32,000 bases of DNA from the NCBI RefSeq assembly GCF_900232105.1, contig NZ_LT934425.1, forward strand, positions 2,610,001-2,642,000. Direction: 5' to 3'. Shown piece by piece: positions 9,405 to 16,893 of this stretch. The notes under the pieces were generated by a model. It ran no database searches and was not told the origin of the DNA. It saw nothing but the letters and a program-made list of their open reading frames with translations. Within the stretch, counting starts at the first letter, position 1. Every line of letters begins with the position of its first letter. The position numbers were made by a program, and so were the translations under genes. Source of the stretch: Candidatus Kuenenia stuttgartensis (GTDB lineage: Bacteria > Planctomycetota > Brocadiia > Brocadiales > Brocadiaceae).

Positions 9405-10100
9405 TTACGGTTTGTTTTTATAAGCGTCAATCAATTCATCCCGCGTAAAGAGGGACTCAAATATAACCATTTTCTTTTCTATATTCTCCCTGCCGCCTTC
9501 CTGCCTGTCTACAAGCGCAATTACCTTAACAATTTCAAGTTTGTGTTCCCTTGCCCTGTCTATGGCCTGAATAGTAGAACCCCCTGTGGTAACCACATCG
9601 TCCACAATCACCACCTTATCGCCTTCCGACACATTGCCCTCAATAACCTTCATAAGCCCGTGTGATTTGGCTTCCTTCCTGATAACAAATGCCTGAACTG
9701 GTTTTACTCTGAGGTCTGACCATTGATCTCCGACCTCTGACCTCTGACCTCTGGCTTCTGACATAGCGCTTACCATGGCGGTTGCAAATGCTATAGGATC
9801 TGCGCCATGGGTTAGGCCGCCTATGGCATCTACGTCAAGATGCCTGATTTTTTCATAAAAAAGACTGCCAATAAGCAACATTGAGGATGGATTAAGGGTT
9901 GTCGCCTTACAATTAATATAATAATTGCTTGTCTTTCCGGATGTAAGCTTGAAAACAGGCCTTTCATCATACTTAAACGATCTTTCTATAAGTGCTTGCA
10001 GTAATGCTTTTCTGGCGTTATCGATGTTTATGGGCGAGTTTTGTACAGATTCAAAATTAATTGTCAATTGTATACTTCTCCTTTTTAAGCCGTCTTCCAT
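9405..10100 (-). CDS. pyrE: Orotate phosphoribosyltransferase with an in-frame low-complexity insertion
   Basis: PRPP-binding motif 'GDKVVIVDDVVTTGGSTIQAI', 'IGGLTHGADPIAFATAM', 'AFVIRKEAKSHG'. Confidence 0.9.
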   Translation of the reverse strand: MEDGLKRRSIQLTINFESVQNSPINIDNARKALLQALIERSFKYDERPVFKLTSGKTSNYYINCKATTLNPSSMLLIGSLFYEKIRHLDVDAIGGLTHGADPIAFATAMVSAMSEARGQRSEVGDQWSDLRVKPVQAFVIRKEAKSHGLMKVIEGNVSEGDKVVIVDDVVTTGGSTIQAIDRAREHKLEIVKVIALVDRQEGGRENIEKKMVIFESLFTRDELIDAYKNKP

Positions 10101-10211
10101 GTTAATATCATCTCCGGATAGTTTGTAATCATTTTTTCAAAATAGGTGCTTGCCGGTGCAATTCTATCCCACATTAATATTGCCGGCTTCAGAAAGATAC
10201 GTTGCTATTTT

Positions 10212-10518
10212 TTATCTTTCATCGGCGCCAATGTTATCAAAATGTATACTGGCCAGATATGTTTTTTCCTTCGCCCCGGCATACATTCCATTTCTAACGC
10301 GCACAATTATTCCAAAGCCCTCAACAGTTTCGTTCTTAACAGGCAGATCAAATGTTATTTTAACCGGCGTAAAAGAGGGCAAATATTCTGTGGTCTCGCA
10401 ACACCCCCCCCCGTTCACTCAAATTTATGCTATTCGCGGGAAAAGTATTGCCATCCACACACAATGTGACAGGAAAGTTAGTCCCAAATCTTGGAGAAAC
10501 CCTTCTTTCTTCAGACAC
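10212..10518 (-). pseudogene. PilZ-domain protein disrupted at a 9-bp poly-G tract (and possibly by an in-frame TAA near the domain end)
   Basis: GTG start at 10518 after AAAGGAG; translation MSEERRVSPRFGTNFPVTLCVDGNTFPANSINLSERGG, then frame change at poly-C 10404-10412 (+ strand) to CCETTEYLPSFTPVKITFDLPVKNETVEGFGIIVRVRNGMYAGAKEKTYLASIHFDNIGADER*. Confidence 0.75.
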
Positions 10519-10732
10519 GTTATGCAACTCCTTTCATTTGCCTAATGATGTTTATAATAAACGTATAGCTCAATTAACAACGCGGTAATAACAATAATAG
10601 AAATAATGATAATTGTTTTTTTCACATAACCCTCCTCCGGTTTAGAGAGTAATTTAGCAAAGGTGTAATGATTTTAAAAGTAAATATTTATTATTTTGCA
10701 ACAATATGCTAAAAAATGGAAAGAAAAGGAGT

Positions 10733-10815
10733 TGGCGGCACAAAACTGGAGTTCAACAACCCATGCTGAAGCAGTTGCGCAATCCACTCACAGTCCTTCA
10801 TGTCGGTCTTCCGGT
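10733..10815 (-). pseudogene. IS110-family transposase fragment
   Basis: Translation RKTDMKDCEWIAQLLQHGLLNSSFVPP matches the conserved DEDD transposase block of IS110 family members. Confidence 0.75.
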
Positions 10816-11133
10816 CGGTTTACAATATACGCATGCCCCAGACACATTTTCATCGTTTCTGGGTGCCGCTAAAGCGGCATGATGACTGGTTCGTAAAACG
10901 TAAAATACGGGAAAAAATTTGCATTCTTCTTTATTTTTGTGTTACCATCCTTTCTTTTCCAGGGAAACGCAATTTCCTATCCTCTCTCCATTTAAAAGAA
11001 ACTTGATATTTTCAAACAGTGAATGATAGCCAATGACTCGAAAATAAGCCGCAACAAAAAAGTATAAAGATACCAATATCGCCATGTGATCGGCCGCGAA
11101 ATCGGCGATCTCGGCAAGGTCATATGTACCCGC

Positions 11134-11247
11134 AAACCAACACGCTTGCCAGTGGTTATGACTCGCGATGAAGTGAAAGCTGTTCTTGCAAACTTGACGG
11201 ACGATAAGTGGTTCATGGCCTCGCTTATGTACGGCTCGGGGTTATAG
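11134..11247 (+). pseudogene. Integron-integrase-like tyrosine recombinase fragment
   Basis: Translation KPTRLPVVMTRDEVKAVLANLTDDKWFMASLMYGSGL*; typical central segment of IntI-like integrases, truncated both sides. Confidence 0.8.
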
Positions 11248-11323
11248 TCAAAAGCGTCTGGTTTTAGAATAATAAACACACCCCTTATATGATGAGTAAT
11301 TTTAGAGAGATAGGAGGTTATCA

Positions 11324-11539
11324 ATGAAATTTACAGCAATTATTGAACGTGAATGTGATGGACATGTATCACTGTGTCCGGAGTTAGATATTGCAAGCCA
11401 AGGTGATAGTATTGAACAAGCACGGGACAACCTTCGGGAAGCATTAGAACTGTTTTTTGAGACAGCATCCGCTGAAGAGATAAAACATCGACTTCACGAT
11501 GATGTTTTCGTAACGCAGGTTGAGGTGGCAGTTGGGTAA
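11324..11539 (+). CDS. hicB: HicB-family antitoxin
   Basis: 'MKFTAIIERECDGHVSLCPELDIASQGDSIEQARDNLREALELFFETA'; strong Shine-Dalgarno AGGAGG upstream. Confidence 0.88.
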   Translation: MKFTAIIERECDGHVSLCPELDIASQGDSIEQARDNLREALELFFETASAEEIKHRLHDDVFVTQVEVAVG

Positions 11540-11752
11540 ACTCCGAGTTTTGTCTGGCAAAGATGTATGCTCGATTTTGGCAGCACATGGTTTCATAGAA
11601 GTGCGTCGCCGTGGTAGCCACATCGTCATGCAAAAAAACTTCCCCAAGGCACAATAACGGTTACTGTCCCAGACCTTGATGAAGTCAGAATTGGAACGCT
11701 TCAATCCATCATCCGTCAATCAGGGCTGCCTCGGGGTGAATTTGAAACATGA
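11532..11752 (+). pseudogene. hicA: HicA-family toxin with 1-nt deletion in an A7 tract
   Basis: LGKLRVLSGKDVCSILAAHGFIEVRRRGSHIVMQK then frame change; adding one A to CAAAAAAAC restores KLPQGTITVTVPDLDEVRIGTLQSIIRQSGLPRGEFET*. Confidence 0.82.
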
Positions 11753-11761
11753 GGATTTGGT

Positions 11762-11833
11762 GTCTAACAAACCGCTGCACCTGACCGCGATTCCGCTGCG
11801 CTCCATAGCGGCAGGTGGGCTTTGTCGTTATGC
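11762..11833 (+). promoter_or_regulatory. Putative integron attC recombination site (72 bp)
   Basis: GTCTAAC (R'') ... CACCTG/CAGGTG hairpin arms ... GTTATGC (R'); immediately follows the hicA stop. Confidence 0.78.
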
Positions 11834-11929
11834 GGTATAATTAAATCATTGGTGTCCAATAAGGCCACTGGCTTCTTGAAAATTTAATTTAGATAAGAGT
11901 GTAATTAAATATAAAACATTGGAGGGGAT

Positions 11930-12217
11930 GTGAGAACCCCTGAAGAGTCAAAGATCGTATGGACTGACTATATGAAATATAGAGCCGAATTAAGAGGATT
12001 TGAACTACTTAAGGTTGAAAATATATTGCGGTATTCGGGAGAAATATACTTCGATACTGCAACCCAACGTTTAATTGCAGTAGGTAAACATGATGATAGA
12101 CTGGTTATAATTCCATATGAGAAACAGGGGTGTGAAATAACACCTATCTCAATTCATGCTACTACGCGTCAACAAATTAATTTCCGACTTAAAACGGGGA
12201 GGTTCATATATGGATAA
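11930..12217 (+). CDS. DUF4258-like putative toxin
   Basis: GTG start; 'YMKYRAELRGFELLKVENILRYSGEIYFDTATQRLIAVGKHDDRLVIIPYE'; paired with a downstream DUF2283-like ORF. Confidence 0.65.
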   Translation: MRTPEESKIVWTDYMKYRAELRGFELLKVENILRYSGEIYFDTATQRLIAVGKHDDRLVIIPYEKQGCEITPISIHATTRQQINFRLKTGRFIYG

Positions 12218-12437
12218 AACAAAGATGGCATATTTTAAAGATGAAGATATTCTGCATATAATTATCTCTGAGGAAAAAGAAGCAGATAGCATTGAGTTAA
12301 GCCCGAATATTACAGCGGAGCTGAATGAAAGCGGAGAATTAATTGGCATAGAAATATTAGAGGCAAGTTCTTTTCTTCGCGATTCAATATTGGAATCATC
12401 ACAAGCTAAAATACTTAAATTAAAAAAAACCGTATAA
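12210..12437 (+). CDS. DUF2283-family protein (putative antitoxin)
   Basis: 'MDKTKMAYFKDEDILHIIISEEKEADSIELSPNITAELNESGELIGIEILEAS'; its TAA stop lies inside the attC R'' box. ORF track start 12156 is upstream; ATG at 12210 is more likely. Confidence 0.78.
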   Translation: MDKTKMAYFKDEDILHIIISEEKEADSIELSPNITAELNESGELIGIEILEASSFLRDSILESSQAKILKLKKTV

Positions 12438-12490
12438 CAATCAAATTCAGCGGACGGCTAATAGTCCACCGCTGATTTCTGTCGTTATGT
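12432..12490 (+). promoter_or_regulatory. Putative integron attC recombination site (59 bp)
   Basis: GTATAAC...AAATTCAGCGG...CCGCTGATTT...GTTATGT: R''/R' consensus-like ends, hairpin with one unpaired base. Confidence 0.8.
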
Positions 12491-12592
12491 TTCACGATGA
12501 CTGGAGTGCGGCATGAAGCTGGAAAGCTTTGGCGATGTACTTGCATCCATAAGGAAGAACTCTATTGATCCCTCAGATTACAGCGATTGTAC

Positions 12593-12718
12593 GGGTGCAT
12601 TCCTGATTTTTTGTAACTTCCGCTATGTTTTAATGAAACGTTGCAGTAGTGTTAACCCTGACAGGGTTGTTTCGTCCTGACCCCATCATTAACGGTTACA
12701 AAAAAACGGGAATGCTCC
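12593..12718. mobile_element. MITE-like element with imperfect TIRs and 9-bp flanking repeat CGATTGTAC
   Basis: CGGGTGCATTCCTGATTTTTTGTAAC vs reverse complement of right side CGGGAGCATTCCCGTTTTTTTGTAAC; CGATTGTAC at 12584-12592 and 12719-12727. Confidence 0.6.
12654..12668. repeat. Half unit of the RAYT-associated palindrome: AACCCTGACAGGGTT
   Basis: Exact 15-mer match to the half-units at 15645, 16217, 16845 and 18292. Confidence 0.9.
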
Positions 12719-12962
12719 CGATTGTACAGATTAAAAAAACGTAGGAACACGGAGCACCATGTCCCTGCAATTGACCAATGACCAATGACGAAACACCTTC
12801 TAATTACAAGCCCAAATTCCGCAGACAAGGAAAAATGTTCAATATTCAATTCTCAATGTTCAATTCTCAAATTGTTGCTCATTTGCCTCTATTCTTTTAC
12901 ATTGAGCATTGAATATTGAATATTAATTTTCAAAAAGGTGCTAACGGAGCTTTTCGCGGTGT

Positions 12963-12986
12963 TTTTTCAAAAATCTAAAGTGTTAC
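12963..12986. repeat. Solo MITE end TTTTTCAAAAATCTAAAGTGTTAC
   Basis: Similar to the TIR of the elements at 7781 and 30063; directly upstream of the helicase gene. Confidence 0.55.
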
Positions 12987-12999
12987 AAAAGACTTCTTA

Positions 13000-15900
13000 A
13001 TGAAGATGGGGAATAGCCGCATTGTGAACTCAGATTTAACCTTTATTACCAATGAAGAAAATAGAAGCCTCCTGGAAAGATTCAGGGTCCTTATTGCAGA
13101 CACCCGGCTCTTTGATGTACTCGTTGGTTATTTCTATACCAGCGGATTCCATGCCATCTACAAATCCCTGGAAGATACCGAAAAGATCAGGATTCTTATC
13201 GGGATAAGTACAAACAAACAGGCAATAGAACTCATTCAAAAAGCAAAAAACAATCACCAGCCATTCCTTCCATATTCTCACGCCGAAGTAAAAGAACAAT
13301 TCGAACAATCTGTCACGGAAGAAGTAGAAAATGCTGAGGATAGAACAGAAGTTGAAGGGGGGATCCTTAAGTTTATTGAATGGCTGAAAAACGGAAAACT
13401 GGAAATCAGGGCTTATCCCACCGAAAATATCCACGCAAAGCTTTACATTATGACTTTTGTGGAAGGTGACAGGGATACCGGGAGAGTCATTACCGGGTCT
13501 AGTAATTTTACTCAATCAGGCCTTGTTGATAACCTTGAATTTAATGTAGAGTTAAAAACCAGGGCGGATTATGAATTTGCACTCCAAAAATTCAATGAAC
13601 TGTGGAAAGACGCCGTTGATGTAAGGGAACGATATATCTATACGATTCAAATAAAGACATGGCTGAACAACACCATTACCCCTTACGAATTGTATCTGAA
13701 ATTTTTATATGAATATTTCAAAGACGAACTCAGTCAGGCAGATGAAGTGTTTTTGAAATATCTTCCCCATGAATTTAAAAAACTGGAATATCAGGAGCAG
13801 GCAGTTTTAAACGCCAGGAAGATACTTCTGGAATACGGCGGCGTTTTTATCTCTGATGTTGTAGGGTTAGGCAAGACATACATATCGGCAATGCTGGCAG
13901 GACAGCTTGACGGCAGGACACTTGTCATTGCCCCTCCTGTGCTGCTTGAAAGATCGAATCCCGGTTCATGGACTAATGTATTTTCCGATTTCAGGGTATC
14001 GGCGGATTTTGAATCACTCGGTAAATTGGATGACCTTATTGACAGAGGGACAGAGAAATACACCAATATTATCATTGATGAGGCACACCGTTTTAGAACG
14101 GAAACAACGGTTACCTATGAGAAATTGGCGGAAATCTGCCGTGGCAAAAGAATTATTCTTGTAACGGCAACGCCTTATAACAATGCGCCAAAAGATATTT
14201 TAAGTCTTTTAAAATTATTTCAAAAAGCCAAAAAAAGCACTATTCCAAATCTTCAGGACATGGAAGGCTTCTTTAATGGACTAGATAAAAAGTTAAAAAA
14301 ACTGGACAGGCAGAAAGATTATATTAGATACATAAATACGGTAAAAGAAAATGCGCGGGAATTACGGGAAAAAGTCCTCAAATATCTCATGGTTCGCCGT
14401 ACCCGAACAGAGATTGAGAGATATTTTGGTGAAGACATAAAGAGCCAAAACATTAGATTCCCTTACGTTGAAAAGCCTGTTCCTCTTTTTTATGAACTCA
14501 ACGATACGGAGGATGAAATATTCAGCAAAACCATAGCATTGATAGCGCAAAAATTCAAATACGCCCGTTATATGCCTATGCTTTATTATGACGGTAAAGT
14601 TGGCCAGCTTGAAAAGCAGTCACAGAAAAACATGGGCAAGTTTATGAAAATACTGCTTGTTAAGCGTCTTGAAAGCAGTTTCTTTGCATTTAAAAATTCG
14701 GTGGACAGATTCCTCCGCTCTTACGAGATGTTTATAAAAGAGCTTGATGACGGAAGTGTTTATATAAGCAAGAAACACACTGGTAAAATATTTGAGTTGC
14801 TTGATAGTGACGATGATGAAGCCGTCCAGCGATTGATAGAGGAAGGCAAGGCGGAAAGATATGCAAGCAGTGAATTTAGAGAAGGCTTAAGAGATGATTT
14901 ACAGCACGACCATGACATTCTGCTTGAAATTAAAAAACTATGGCATCACATTGACCGCGACCCAAAGCTTTTAAAATTTTTGTGGGAATTATCCAAAAAC
15001 CCGGTCTTAAAAGAGAATCATCTGATTATCTTTACGGAATCAAAGGAAACCGCAAACTATCTGTTCAAAAACATAAATGAACATTATCCGGATAAGGTGC
15101 TGTGTTTTACTGGTGATTCAAGCGAGGCAACGCGAGACAAGGTTATTGAAAATTTTGACGCCAAAGCACGTCATCCTAAGGAAGATTACCGGATACTGGT
15201 CTCTACAGAAGTATTGGCTGAAGGCGTTAACCTGCACCGTTCCAATACAGTGATAAATTACGATATCCCCTGGAATCCTACCCGCATGATGCAGCGCGTA
15301 GGGCGTGTCAACCGCGTGGATACGCTATTTGAAACGATACATACCTTTAATTTTTTCCCGACCAAACAATCGAATGACCAGATAAAACTGAAAGAAGCGG
15401 CAGAGGCTAAAATCAATGCCTTCTTAACCCTGCTTGGAGGCGACGCAGAACTTTTAACAGAAGGAGAACCCATAGGCTCGCATGAATTATTTAACAGGTT
15501 GATTTCCAGACAAACGCTGGAAGGTGAGGAAGGGTCGGAGGAAAGCGAATTGAAATACCTCCAGGTCATTAAAGAGATTCGCGATAAAGACCCCGACCTT
15601 TTTGAAAAAATAAAACGCCTCCCCAAAAAGGCGCGCACTGCAAAAACCCTGACAGGGTTCTCAACCCTGTCAGGGTTAATTACCTACTTCAGACGGGGAA
15701 AACTCCAGAAATTTTTCAAAGCCGGCAGTAAAAATGTGGCGGAAGAACTGGATTTCATATCTGCGGCAAAGATTTTGGAAAGCGCCCCTGATGAAGAAAA
15801 GAAAGACCTTCCCGGACACTTTTACGAACTTCTGGATAAAAACAAAGCGGCATTTATCTTAGCGACAACGGAAGAAGTGCCGCAGCAATGGCAAAGGGGC

Positions 15901-16224
15901 GGACGTGACAGCACGGCAAGTATCCTGAGAATTTTAAAGGCAACCACGAAGAACACCCAAAAACTGACAGAAGACCAGGAACTATACCTCAAAAAAGTCC
16001 TCACCCAACTCGAGGAAGGCGGACTGCCCAAACAGACTGCAACGCAAACACTGAAAACCCTGAATGCGCTGAAGAATGAAATCGTTAACCCCCTCAAGGT
16101 ACTGGCAGTACTTCGGACGCATATACCGAAAAAACTTCTGGAAGAACATTATGCTGAGCAAAACCCAGCGGTATTTGGCAAGCGGGAAGTCATATTATCA
16201 TTATATTTGACAGCAAAACCCTGA
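13000..16224 (+). CDS. Phospholipase-D-like nuclease fused to SF2 (DEAH) helicase
   Basis: PLD HxK motif 'HAKLYIMTFVEGDRDTGRVITGSSNFTQSGL'; Walker A 'DVVGLGKTYIS'; 'NIIIDEAHRFR'; helicase C 'STEVLAEGVNLHRSNTVINYDIPWNPTRMMQRVGRVNR'. 1074 aa. Confidence 0.92.
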   Translation: MKMGNSRIVNSDLTFITNEENRSLLERFRVLIADTRLFDVLVGYFYTSGFHAIYKSLEDTEKIRILIGISTNKQAIELIQKAKNNHQPFLPYSHAEVKEQFEQSVTEEVENAEDRTEVEGGILKFIEWLKNGKLEIRAYPTENIHAKLYIMTFVEGDRDTGRVITGSSNFTQSGLVDNLEFNVELKTRADYEFALQKFNELWKDAVDVRERYIYTIQIKTWLNNTITPYELYLKFLYEYFKDELSQADEVFLKYLPHEFKKLEYQEQAVLNARKILLEYGGVFISDVVGLGKTYISAMLAGQLDGRTLVIAPPVLLERSNPGSWTNVFSDFRVSADFESLGKLDDLIDRGTEKYTNIIIDEAHRFRTETTVTYEKLAEICRGKRIILVTATPYNNAPKDILSLLKLFQKAKKSTIPNLQDMEGFFNGLDKKLKKLDRQKDYIRYINTVKENARELREKVLKYLMVRRTRTEIERYFGEDIKSQNIRFPYVEKPVPLFYELNDTEDEIFSKTIALIAQKFKYARYMPMLYYDGKVGQLEKQSQKNMGKFMKILLVKRLESSFFAFKNSVDRFLRSYEMFIKELDDGSVYISKKHTGKIFELLDSDDDEAVQRLIEEGKAERYASSEFREGLRDDLQHDHDILLEIKKLWHHIDRDPKLLKFLWELSKNPVLKENHLIIFTESKETANYLFKNINEHYPDKVLCFTGDSSEATRDKVIENFDAKARHPKEDYRILVSTEVLAEGVNLHRSNTVINYDIPWNPTRMMQRVGRVNRVDTLFETIHTFNFFPTKQSNDQIKLKEAAEAKINAFLTLLGGDAELLTEGEPIGSHELFNRLISRQTLEGEEGSEESELKYLQVIKEIRDKDPDLFEKIKRLPKKARTAKTLTGFSTLSGLITYFRRGKLQKFFKAGSKNVAEELDFISAAKILESAPDEEKKDLPGHFYELLDKNKAAFILATTEEVPQQWQRGGRDSTASILRILKATTKNTQKLTEDQELYLKKVLTQLEEGGLPKQTATQTLKTLNALKNEIVNPLKVLAVLRTHIPKKLLEEHYAEQNPAVFGKREVILSLYLTAKP
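15645..15677. repeat. 33-bp double palindrome inserted in-frame in the helicase gene
   Basis: AACCCTGACAGGGTT-CTC-AACCCTGTCAGGGTT; encodes ...TLTGFSTLSGL... Confidence 0.95.
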
Positions 16225-16249
16225 CAGGGTTCTTAACCCTGTCAGGGTT
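16217..16249. repeat. 33-bp double palindrome, left flank of RAYT; supplies the helicase stop codon
   Basis: AACCCTGACAGGGTT-CTT-AACCCTGTCAGGGTT; helicase stop TGA at 16222-16224 lies within it. Confidence 0.95.
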
Positions 16250-16270
16250 ACTTGTCCTTGGAGGAAGACA

Positions 16271-16834
16271 ATGAGCACAACTATCACGCCACTGTTACCA
16301 GGACACTGGTATCATATTTATAACCGGGGTATCAATGGCGAAACCATTTATCACACCGAGGCAAATTACCAATATTTTCTGGACTTGCTCGCCAAATATG
16401 TTTTTCTCACAGCAAAAGTATATGCCTATTGTCTTATGAAGAACCATTTTCACCTGTTGGTTTCTATTCATGATGATACAAAGAGAAAGCCACATCTGTA
16501 TTTTTCAGATATGTTTAACAGCTATACACAAGGGCTTAACAAACACCTGGGAAGGACGGGGAGTCTCTTCGAACGCCCCTTTCGCCGTAAGGTGATTTCA
16601 TCCGAAAAACAGCGGGTTCAGGTGACTTTATATATACACAACAATCCCAGGCATCATGGTATCATGAACGACATTGCGAAGTACCAATACTCTTCTTACA
16701 GGGCAGTGATGTCAAGCGCCCCAACGAAAGTAGAGCGTGAAGAAGTGCTTTCGTGGTTTGGTGGGCGTGATAGTTTTGTGGCTTATCATGGTGCCAGTCG
16801 TGATGACATTTCAGATGATTTAACATTGGAGTAA
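16271..16834 (+). mobile_element. REP-associated tyrosine transposase (RAYT) / IS200-like Y1 transposase, 187 aa
   Basis: 'GHWYHIYNRGINGETIYHTEANYQYFLDLL...VYAYCLMKNHFHLLVSI' (HUH motif) and '...VQVTLYIHNNPRHHGI...YQYSSYRAV' (Tyr region). Confidence 0.92.
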
Positions 16835-16844
16835 ATTTACCGTC

Positions 16845-16877
16845 AACCCTGACAGGGTTTGAAACCCTGTCAGGGTT
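16845..16877. repeat. 33-bp double palindrome, right flank of RAYT
   Basis: AACCCTGACAGGGTT-TGA-AACCCTGTCAGGGTT. Confidence 0.95.
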
Positions 16878-16893
16878 AAAATGAGGCATTGAC

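Noticed and set aside
10146-10545. Plus-strand ORFs of 107 and 131 aa (MLAGAILSHINIAG..., MPVQFYPTLILPAS...)
   Set aside because: They are antisense to the disrupted PilZ gene, whose minus-strand translation has clear family features; their openness is a shadow of that gene.
12156-12209. Upstream start for the DUF2283 ORF as given by the track (93 aa)
   Set aside because: The family-like start MDKTKMAYFKDEDILHI is at ATG 12210, preceded by GGGGAGG; the extra N-terminus is out-of-frame overlap with the upstream gene.
12764-12943. Simple repeats (ATTGACCAATGACCAATGACG, CAATATTCAATTCTCAATGTTCAATTCTCAA) as regulatory iterons
   Set aside because: No origin-like or regulator context; best read as degenerate intergenic simple repeats of the type also seen near 26973 and inside pyrE.
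15258-15638. Minus-strand ORFs inside the helicase gene (126, 94, 91 and 159 aa)
   Set aside because: Antisense shadows of a clearly identified helicase; no motif support.
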